Source of the DNA: a virus
Taxonomy: Duplodnaviria; Caudoviricetes
DNA: 42,051 nt
Direction: 5' to 3' (one strand)
Virus record (IMG/VR): IMGVR_UViG_3300037722_000296
Coordinates: 1-42,051 of that record
The notes beneath the pieces were generated by a model. The model made no database searches. It was not told where the DNA came from and worked only from the letters and a program-made list of their open reading frames with translations. Position numbers and translations under genes: made by a program. This document shows positions 35,622 through 42,051 of the stretch, piece after piece. Within the stretch, counting starts at the first letter, position 1. Each line of letters begins with the position of its first letter.

Positions 35622-35720
35622 TTGCACGCCTTAACTATCAACATGTTACGAAACTCCATCGCTCTGACATCGCAGTATTGTATTCCATTCAGGAGAATTT
35701 TGCTCCATTCTCCGCACACT

Positions 35721-36695
35721 ATGGCGTACATCCGAAAGCTCAATTCAGGCCGCTGGCAGGTCTCCATCCGCAAGAAGGGACTCAAGCCAATTTCGAAAAC
35801 CTTTCGCACCAAGGCGGCAGCAGAGTCGTGGTGCAGAGAGCGGGAATCAGAGATCGACCGGGACGGGGCCGTTACCGATTCGGACATGACCATTGCCCAG
35901 CTGCTGGACCGATACGAGCGCGAGGTGACAGCCAGGAAGAAGGGCAAGGCGAAGGAGGAATACCGTATCGCCATGCTGAAAGCCGCTCTCGGGGCGCACA
36001 AGGTCACGTCCCTGACTGCCGGGCATGTGGCCACCTTCTTCACGGATCGGCTGGCGTCGGTCTCCTCCGACACGGTGAGGCGCGATGTAGCGGTACTGTC
36101 TGCCGTGCTGGAAACCGCCCTGGTGCTGCGCTGGGTGCCGCTGCGGGTCAACGTAGCCCGGGAAGCCACCACCTCCCTGACGCGCTCCAGGACGCTGAAA
36201 GCCCCCACCAGGCGGGTACGCCGGATCAGCTTCGAGGAAATGGAGCGGCTGCTGTGGGAACTGAAACCGCCCATGTGCGTACTGGTCTGCTTCGCCCTGG
36301 AAACGGCCATGCGGCGCGGGGAACTGGCCAAGATGCGATGGGAACACATCAAGGGGCATTCGCTCCTGATCCCGGACGACAAGACGGGCAAGTCAGCCAC
36401 CATTCCGCTGTCCTCCGCTGCCGTACATATCCTCAAATCCATAGACGGTGACAGAGACGGCCTGGTGTTCGGGATCAAACCGGACTCTATAACCCAGGCA
36501 TTCGACCGTGCCTGTGAGCGGGCGGGGGTTTGCAATCTTCGCGTCCACGATCTGCGGCATGAGGCCACCAGCCGCCTGTTCGAGCGCGGGCTGGCGATCG
36601 AGGAGGTTGCGACCATCACCCGGCACAGCGATTGGAGGTCGCTGAAGATCTACACCCATCCGTCCCATGCTCATATTCGCTCCAAGCTAGGCTGA
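35721..36695 (+). CDS. int: Tyrosine integrase (Rci/HP1-like)
   Basis: MAYIRK..WQVSIRKKG arm domain; ETAMRRGE, K, HDLRHEA, RH, IYTH; the longer ORF-track start reads through attP. Confidence 0.95.
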   Translation: MAYIRKLNSGRWQVSIRKKGLKPISKTFRTKAAAESWCRERESEIDRDGAVTDSDMTIAQLLDRYEREVTARKKGKAKEEYRIAMLKAALGAHKVTSLTAGHVATFFTDRLASVSSDTVRRDVAVLSAVLETALVLRWVPLRVNVAREATTSLTRSRTLKAPTRRVRRISFEEMERLLWELKPPMCVLVCFALETAMRRGELAKMRWEHIKGHSLLIPDDKTGKSATIPLSSAAVHILKSIDGDRDGLVFGIKPDSITQAFDRACERAGVCNLRVHDLRHEATSRLFERGLAIEEVATITRHSDWRSLKIYTHPSHAHIRSKLG

Positions 36696-36899
36696 TTCAC
36701 GCTGTTTGTCCCACCAGTCCGCCACATCCCGGACATCGGCCACCCTGGACCGGCCTTTCTTGGCGGTCCTGATCGGGAACCGTTCGGCGGATATGGCGTT
36801 GAGAATGGATTTCTCGCCCATCCGCATGAAGTCGGACAGATCCTTGACATCCATGTCGAGCTTTCCATATCGGTTCATCAGCATTTGTAGTGTGTTCAT
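36687..36899 (-). CDS. xis: Excisionase / PrtN-like wHTH protein
   Basis: MNT.QMLMNRYG...L...M.M...SI.N.IS...FPI..DVRDVADW.D; convergent with int. Confidence 0.7.
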   Translation of the reverse strand: MNTLQMLMNRYGKLDMDVKDLSDFMRMGEKSILNAISAERFPIRTAKKGRSRVADVRDVADWWDKQRESA

Positions 36900-36961
36900 A
36901 CTACCCGCTCCCGGCAGGTGATCCGCTCTATCTCGGTGGCTGTGAGGAAGTCTAATGTCAT
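36896..36961 (-). pseudogene. 21-codon stub MTLDFLTATEIERITCRERVV, coupled to xis
   Basis: GAGGT RBS; same first 7 aa as the PAPS reductase gene; ATGA overlap with xis. Confidence 0.55.
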
Positions 36962-36973
36962 AGCGTTTCTACC

Positions 36974-37723
36974 TCAGTCTCCGTCGTAACATCCGCACGG
37001 CATTTCTGGTGCGAAATCGTAGGAATCTTCGAACATATCTCCGGTCGCCAGCAGGGCATCCCAGGAGAAGGTGCGGCCAAGTCCGGCTATATGTGTAAGC
37101 TCTGCCCCGGCCTCCATCTTTAATGCTCTGGCCGCAAGGTCTGGATACTGAACCGCCATTTCCCGGATCTCGCTCTTTTTCGAGTTCGGGCAGAAGAAGC
37201 AGGACGATTTACCAGGGAGCGGAAGTCCAGCCCGTTCAATGGCTGCAATGCAGTCGCCCCGGTCCCAGTCCCACTCGATCAGCGGGTAGCGGTTTCCCTC
37301 GATCTCTTTGGCTCTCTGTGGCTCTCCAGCATCGAATCCGATCAGCTTGGCCCCAATTGTTAAGCTGTTTTCCTTGATGTAATTATTTTGCGGCCTGATT
37401 TTCCACCGATCCGAGCATGACTTGAACCCGTATGCCACGCCGGGCAGCGCGCCTCTGGTGAGGCAGTCTTGTTCAAGCGATATTTCTTGCTCTACCGTGA
37501 CGACTCTCGGCATTCCATTCTGCTCTAGCCAATCCGAAAACAGGTCAACATACGCATACGTGTGCGGCTTCTCCCCGCCAGTATCGGCGAACAGGATCAG
37601 GTCAACCTTTATCCCCTTCTCGGCGCACCCGATCAGCATGGCGGTTGAATTTGTCCCGCCGCCGTATGAGGCAATCACAAGGCCGTCGCTGCGGCTCTCA
37701 GGGGTGAGGAAGTCCAGGGTCAT
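36974..37723 (-). CDS. PAPS reductase family (PP-loop) protein
   Basis: SYGGGTNSTA, FADTGGE, YPLIEW, KSSCFFCP. Confidence 0.9.
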   Translation of the reverse strand: MTLDFLTPESRSDGLVIASYGGGTNSTAMLIGCAEKGIKVDLILFADTGGEKPHTYAYVDLFSDWLEQNGMPRVVTVEQEISLEQDCLTRGALPGVAYGFKSCSDRWKIRPQNNYIKENSLTIGAKLIGFDAGEPQRAKEIEGNRYPLIEWDWDRGDCIAAIERAGLPLPGKSSCFFCPNSKKSEIREMAVQYPDLAARALKMEAGAELTHIAGLGRTFSWDALLATGDMFEDSYDFAPEMPCGCYDGD

Positions 37724-38172
37724 GCCGTTAACCTCATTTCATCCGGGTCCGTGAATATGTACCCCATCCGCGCAGAGTCCATCCGGTACTCGGTCATAGC
37801 TTCGGACATCTGCGATACGGTCAAATCCCCGCTGTGAATCGCTTTCACAAGCCCTGCAATTGCCTGCCTATCTCCCCGCACCAACTCCCATACCCGCTTC
37901 AATTGGCCGTCCTCGTCGTCTCTCAGTAGGATCGGGAGGACGTGCCTGTATTTGAAAACATTGTGGCTGTGCTCCTTGGTCTCGCCAGCCTGTATTGCTC
38001 GTTCTGCGTGCCAGAGCCAAAGGGTACGGTTCTGCTCCAGGCTCCGGTCCTCTTTGTACTCGCGCACAATGACTTCCCAGGTTACGGACCTGTCGCGCTC
38101 GGACAGGAACCGCATCAGGCTCTGCTGATCCCGGCCTAGCAGGAAGGTTTCTTTTATGCGCTTTTTCGACAT
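37720..38172 (-). CDS. ninB: NinB/Orf recombination mediator
   Basis: RSLEQN..LWLW; start at MSKKRIK. Confidence 0.75.
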   Translation of the reverse strand: MSKKRIKETFLLGRDQQSLMRFLSERDRSVTWEVIVREYKEDRSLEQNRTLWLWHAERAIQAGETKEHSHNVFKYRHVLPILLRDDEDGQLKRVWELVRGDRQAIAGLVKAIHSGDLTVSQMSEAMTEYRMDSARMGYIFTDPDEMRLTA

Positions 38173-38462
38173 AGTTCCTTCGCCCTCTCCAGCAGCCATT
38201 CCTCAGCCCCATACGCCGCTTCAAATGCCCGCCTTCCGTCTCCGTGTCGGCTCACCCATGCGCCAGTGTTGCTCTTGTACTGGTGGTGACGGCTGCAAAG
38301 CGGAATCGTCAGGAAGTGCGCCCCCGGCTTCGTCTTACCGTCAATGTGGTGGATAGCAGGGGGCGTCCATACCCCCATGTGCAATATGCACACGATGCAG
38401 CCCACTTGCGCCATAGCGTCCATGTGCGCCTGCTCTGCCTTGGTTGGGGCGCGGCCTTTCAT
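38154..38462 (-). CDS. Ref-like RecA-dependent HNH nuclease
   Basis: GCIVC..IHHI.G.TK.GAH..TIPLC..HH..FEAAYG.E. Confidence 0.8.
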   Translation of the reverse strand: MKGRAPTKAEQAHMDAMAQVGCIVCILHMGVWTPPAIHHIDGKTKPGAHFLTIPLCSRHHQYKSNTGAWVSRHGDGRRAFEAAYGAEEWLLERAKELCRKSA

Positions 38463-38755
38463 CAGAACGGAATGTCGTCGTCAAACTCGTTGGCAGGCTT
38501 GGCTGGGGCGCTGCTTTCCTTCCGGTCATCGTCCGAGAAGATGGAACACATCACCATGTCACCCTTGCCGCCCTTCTGGCCTTTGGCCGCATTCAATACC
38601 CGCTGCTGGATCAGTACCCCGGCAAGGTTCACCGATGGATTCAGCAAGCAATACTCGCCGTTCTCACTGGTCAGGATCACGCCAAGATCCACATACTTGC
38701 CCTTGGTCTTGCCGTCTTTTTCGTACTCGCCTACCTTGATTGCTAAACGCTTCAT
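38462..38755 (-). CDS. Single-stranded DNA-binding protein
   Basis: GEYEKDG.TK..Y..LG; C-terminal FDDDIPF; next to the recombinase. Confidence 0.75.
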   Translation of the reverse strand: MKRLAIKVGEYEKDGKTKGKYVDLGVILTSENGEYCLLNPSVNLAGVLIQQRVLNAAKGQKGGKGDMVMCSIFSDDDRKESSAPAKPANEFDDDIPF

Positions 38756-39375
38756 GCTGCTTCTCCATTCATCATTGATTTCATTGCACTACGCTGCTTT
38801 GAGTCGAACATAGACCAGAGCTGTACCTTTTCGTCCGTATCCCATTCTTCCCATACCTCCTTCAGCCCCAGTTCATCACCGTTTGACAGGTGCTCAATGG
38901 ACTGCTCATATACCGCCTTCTTCTGTGCAGACGGGATACGCTTCCACCCACCAGGGGTTGCCCATGTCGGCAGGCTGGGCGGGCTTTTCAGCTTGTAGCT
39001 TTTCCCGCTCGGGACAATCTCCACCCATTCATTCGGCAGGGCGTACAGGTATCGGGCTATTCCGAACATGACCGCAGCTCGCTTGAAGGCGTCAGAGTAT
39101 TGGCCCTTTTCAGCCTCCACGTCCGTTACACCGGCCCCGTTGGACTTCCATACCCATTCCCCGTTGATCCGAATACCCAACTCACAGCATCCGGGGAAGG
39201 GGTAGCGGCATTGCCAGCCATCAGGCTCGACTACAAAATCCAGCCTATCCATTACGTCCCGAGCGTCGATATAGGCCAGGCCAATCCCCTTGGTCTTGTC
39301 CTTGTTCGTCGCTCCCACTCTCCAGTGAATCGCGTTCTCTGGAAACGGTTTCGCTAGTTCGTCCCATAAGTTCAT
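38752..39375 (-). CDS. Rad52/Sak single-strand annealing protein
   Basis: L..PF....I.WR, AYIDARDVMDRLD, EKG..SDAFKRAAV.FGIARYLY. Confidence 0.92.
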   Translation of the reverse strand: MNLWDELAKPFPENAIHWRVGATNKDKTKGIGLAYIDARDVMDRLDFVVEPDGWQCRYPFPGCCELGIRINGEWVWKSNGAGVTDVEAEKGQYSDAFKRAAVMFGIARYLYALPNEWVEIVPSGKSYKLKSPPSLPTWATPGGWKRIPSAQKKAVYEQSIEHLSNGDELGLKEVWEEWDTDEKVQLWSMFDSKQRSAMKSMMNGEAA

Positions 39376-39440
39376 CGCAATACTCCTGCCAGTTTTGATC
39401 TGCGTCCTGGTGTTCCCACCATCGCCTGTCGATTTCATAT

Positions 39441-39593
39441 TCAAACCGTTCCTGACTCATAATCCGCTTCCTCTGGATCGGGCATGCTCTCCCAGCAATC
39501 CCGGCAAATGCTCTCCATGGCTGGGCCGTCGAACATTTCAACGAAGTCGGTATCCACCACCCTTTCGCATTGATCGCATAACATAATGCTCAT
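39441..39593 (-). CDS. Small Zn-finger protein, 50 aa
   Basis: GGAGGT RBS; CDQC..VDTD..ICRDCW; not in the ORF track. Confidence 0.65.
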   Translation of the reverse strand: MSIMLCDQCERVVDTDFVEMFDGPAMESICRDCWESMPDPEEADYESGTV

Positions 39594-39754
39594 CTTGATA
39601 CCTCCACATGTACCGGCAGCGGATCACAGCCATAAACACACCTGGCATGCATCTCTGCCGCATTAAGCCTATGATCTATGTAGAAGCCGGATAGCCAGAG
39701 CGTGACGATCAGGAATGCCAGGAACAGGGCGGCTCCTAGAATGTCGCGGGTCAT
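39590..39754 (-). CDS. Small membrane protein, 54 aa
   Basis: MTRDILGAALFLAFLIVTLWLSG; ATGA coupling on both sides. Confidence 0.65.
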   Translation of the reverse strand: MTRDILGAALFLAFLIVTLWLSGFYIDHRLNAAEMHARCVYGCDPLPVHVEVSR

Positions 39755-39960
39755 TTCACCACCACTTCATGCAGGGTTTCGCGCCATCGTGGGTTTTTGC
39801 GGTCACTGCACCCAATCTTGGTAATTCTTCCGTCTGAACTCCAGTGTCTCCATTTGTCGAATAGTTCCGGTTCATTCTGATGGGCATACCACTCCCCATC
39901 CTCATCCTGCGCCACCCAGCGCACCCAGTCCGGCACTTCCGTTTCAATGATCAGCGTCAT
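39751..39960 (-). CDS. Hypothetical protein
   Basis: PDWVRWVAQDEDGEW..W..TL motif. Confidence 0.8.
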   Translation of the reverse strand: MTLIIETEVPDWVRWVAQDEDGEWYAHQNEPELFDKWRHWSSDGRITKIGCSDRKNPRWRETLHEVVVK

Positions 39961-40196
39961 TTCCTCGCCTCCAGCATTGCGTCGGCGTAGTCGTAAGCCG
40001 CTTTTGCTGCAATAGCCGGTGCGAGGTTCAGACCGACCGGAACCAGCAAGGACTGCATGGCCTTCGCGGCGAAGTAGTCGCGCATGGACGCCCCTTCTGC
40101 CGGATATGGGTAGCCGCCAGCACTGCCACCGCCCGGGTGGTCGATTGGTGGCATGTTAGGGAACGCTGGCCCGCCGTTGTCTTTCGTGTCGCTCAT
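39957..40196 (-). CDS. Conserved phage early protein
   Basis: GGPAFP...G.S.RDYFAAKAMQ...AY..ADAML.AR. Confidence 0.85.
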   Translation of the reverse strand: MSDTKDNGGPAFPNMPPIDHPGGGSAGGYPYPAEGASMRDYFAAKAMQSLLVPVGLNLAPAIAAKAAYDYADAMLEARK

Positions 40197-40312
40197 GGAA
40201 TTACCCTCCCAACCTGAATCTGACTAAACCGAGTCTCCAACGCCTTCCACGCGTACCCGGCCAGCACGGCCACGCATACGATCAGGATTACCATTGCGTG
40301 TCGGTGGGTCAT
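40193..40312 (-). CDS. Small membrane protein, 39 aa
   Basis: MTHRHAMVILIVCVAVLAGYAW; ATGA coupling. Confidence 0.6.
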   Translation of the reverse strand: MTHRHAMVILIVCVAVLAGYAWKALETRFSQIQVGRVIP

Positions 40313-40455
40313 ACCAGCCTCCTGAATATCGCGTCCCAAGTCGAAAACCACTCCTGCGCGAAGAATGTCCCTTCGTCCACCCGACCATGCCGGAAGCTAC
40401 GCAGAGCGCGCTGGCGCATGTTGTTGGCTACGCGGGTCCAGTGCTTTGTGCTCAT
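40309..40455 (-). CDS. Small hypothetical protein, 48 aa
   Basis: MSTKHWTRVANN...; ATGA coupling on both sides. Confidence 0.6.
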   Translation of the reverse strand: MSTKHWTRVANNMRQRALRSFRHGRVDEGTFFAQEWFSTWDAIFRRLV

Positions 40456-40799
40456 TCGTCCAGCCCCTCACGAATCGCGTACTCGGCATCCGACTCACTC
40501 GGCTCCAACCGAGACTTCACCAGCTCGCACAGCAGCCGTCCGACCTCGCACCGATCCACGACTACTGCGGTCATGTGCTGGTGAATGGCCTGCGCTATTC
40601 CGTCTGCCCGGTCGCCCCATTCGCTGACCTCAAACGCCTCAACGAATTGGCTGTAGTCGTGCAGGCGGTTGAACAGCATCTCTGATTGCTTCGCGTGGAT
40701 CTCGTGTTCCATGGGTGCCTCCCGTTCTAGCCGGTCCTGTTCGTATTCGTACTGGCGGAGAGCGGCGGTGTTGCCGCATAGGTTGCGTTCGGCGGTCAT
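40452..40799 (-). CDS. Hypothetical protein
   Basis: GGAGG RBS; operon context. Confidence 0.75.
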   Translation of the reverse strand: MTAERNLCGNTAALRQYEYEQDRLEREAPMEHEIHAKQSEMLFNRLHDYSQFVEAFEVSEWGDRADGIAQAIHQHMTAVVVDRCEVGRLLCELVKSRLEPSESDAEYAIREGLDE

Positions 40800-40800
40800 T

Positions 40801-41007
40801 TCATTCCTCCCCTAACCAGCGGAGGCGGGCCAAATCTTCGAGAAGCGCGGCATCTGGATACGGCTGCCCTTCCCATCCCGCCACGAATCTGCGCACCCCT
40901 CCGAGCCTGATGTAAACCCCTTCCCACCCACCGAAATCATCAGGGCGCTGCCAGTAATTCACGGCGTCTATTTCCAGCGAGTCGATCATGTCTTGCTGAG
41001 TTATCAT
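40801..41007 (-). CDS. Hypothetical protein
   Basis: GGAGG RBS; ATGA coupling. Confidence 0.7.
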   Translation of the reverse strand: MITQQDMIDSLEIDAVNYWQRPDDFGGWEGVYIRLGGVRRFVAGWEGQPYPDAALLEDLARLRWLGEE

Positions 41008-41225
41008 GACTGCGCCTCCGCTTTGTATTCATCAGTTTCGTGCCAGCATTCTTGGCACAAGGGTCCGTCCCCGGCCTCCGTGTAAATCGAGTCGTCCTCG
41101 CAACGCTCAGTGGGCTGGTCACACTCGCAGCACAATTGCCGTGTTCCTGGGTAATGAGTAGCGTTCCATCGCTCGTGTTCGTCTTGGTCCATGGCGTGCC
41201 TGTATCCGTTTGGCCATGTGTTCAT
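41004..41225 (-). CDS. Zn-finger hypothetical protein
   Basis: YPGTRQLC..CD.PT.RC..D..GPLC.EC. Confidence 0.75.
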   Translation of the reverse strand: MNTWPNGYRHAMDQDEHERWNATHYPGTRQLCCECDQPTERCEDDSIYTEAGDGPLCQECWHETDEYKAEAQS

Positions 41226-41476
41226 GGCTGAACCCTCCGAAAGCTGTTCAACGCACCCCGAGGGGCGCCGCCGATGCTGTACAGCGGATGGATTTCCCGT
41301 TCAGCCAACCCGGCCTCTACCAAGTCCGTGAGGATGTCAAAGGGGTAGTCGTAGCCAGTTACCACTTCGATGGGGTCACGAAGATCGGCGTACTGGGTGA
41401 ACTCACCAGGCAGCAGAGCAAGGGCCTTCTGGTGAAGGTCGCTGGTTGCGATGTATTCCTGAAGATCGGTGGTCAT
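41222..41476 (-). CDS. Hypothetical protein (MTTDLQEY...)
   Basis: ATGA coupling. Confidence 0.65.
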   Translation of the reverse strand: MTTDLQEYIATSDLHQKALALLPGEFTQYADLRDPIEVVTGYDYPFDILTDLVEAGLAEREIHPLYSIGGAPRGALNSFRRVQP

Positions 41477-42051
41477 GACTGCGCCACCTTGGCCGCATGC
41501 AGCCGCGCAGCCGCAATGATCAGGGCCTTGTTCTCCGTCCAAAACGCCAGTGCCCGCCAATCCATTGCGCCGATTGCCTTATCGGTAAATGCGTCCCATT
41601 TGTCGGTTGAGTGCATCTCGCAGCCGATTTTGATTGCGTCATCGACGATCAGCACATCCCAATACAGGCCGAGCATTTGTAGCGGCGGGATGGATATTGC
41701 GTAGTCTCCGTATTTGGCACCGCGCAGGTCGGCACCGCCCAGGTCGGCATCGCGCAGGTCGGCACCGCGCAGGTCGGCATCGCGCAGGTCGGCACCGCCC
41801 AGGTCGGCATCGCGCAGGTCGGCACCGCCCAGGTCGGCATCGCGCAGGTCGGCACCGCGCAGGTCGGCACCGCGCAGGTCGGCATCGCCCAGGTCGGCAT
41901 CGCGCAGGTTGGCACCGCCCAGGTCGGCACCGCGCAGGTCGGCACCGCCCAGGTCGGCATCGCGCAGGTCGGCATCGCCCAGGTCGGCATCGCGCAGGTC
42001 GGCAACGCCCAGGTCGGCATCGCGCAGGTCGGCATCGCCCAGGTCGGCATC
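41473..42051 (-). CDS. Pentapeptide-repeat protein, C-terminal part
   Basis: ~22 repeats then KYGDYAISIPPLQMLGLYWDV..IKIGCEMHS..W..F; open to the window edge. Confidence 0.9.
   Translation of the reverse strand, partial: DADLGDADLRDADLGVADLRDADLGDADLRDADLGGADLRGADLGGANLRDADLGDADLRGADLRGADLRDADLGGADLRDADLGGADLRDADLRGADLRDADLGGADLRGAKYGDYAISIPPLQMLGLYWDVLIVDDAIKIGCEMHSTDKWDAFTDKAIGAMDWRALAFWTENKALIIAAARLHAAKVAQS
41715..42051. repeat. 15-bp tandem repeat (~22 units)
   Basis: Same unit as at 1-252. Confidence 0.97.

Larger units (their letters stand above)
1..42051. mobile_element. Temperate podovirus-like phage genome, near complete, circularly permuted, excised form
   Basis: Terminase, portal, capsid, nozzle, ejection, lysis, repressor/cro and integrase genes all present; attP intact; the same pentapeptide gene and repeat occupy both window ends; no host genes; no tape measure or sheath. 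Confidence 0.95.

Noticed and set aside
35378-36619. 413-aa minus-strand ORF and 297-aa + strand ORF
   Set aside because: Antisense and alternative-frame shadows of the GC-rich integrase gene
2439-40874. KOPS (GGGNAGGG) polarity toward the dif-like site
   Set aside because: The few copies noticed (~2439, 28310, 39194, 40867) do not point consistently toward it; the search was by eye and not exhaustive

Overview
The window is an essentially complete, circularly permuted ~42-kb genome of a temperate, short-tailed (podovirus-like) dsDNA phage of a sigma70-using proteobacterium, in its excised form: attP is intact and carries the 3' 50 nt of tRNA-Ala(CGC). The assembly breaks inside a 15-bp tandem repeat of a pentapeptide-repeat gene that spans both ends. 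Gene order on the + strand: cI/cro switch with two geometrically identical, apparently leaderless promoters; replication (O-like initiator, free CHC2 Zn finger, gp4/DnaB-like helicase); nin-like genes and a Q-like gene; a block of convergent, apparently self-regulated mini-operons; terS; a non-coding interval containing a dif/Xer-like site and a strand-skew flip; HTH, glycosyltransferase and methyltransferase; terL; portal; a beta-helix/deacetylase-like spike; scaffold; capsid; adaptor; nozzle; three ejection proteins; tail fibre; lysis cassette. The leftward early arm carries Sak/Rad52, SSB, Ref, NinB, PAPS reductase, xis and, beyond the oppositely oriented int and attP, further small genes. 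The most unusual part is 7.8-12.8 kb, around the probable packaging start. All functional calls come from motif recognition and synteny by eye; no database search was run.
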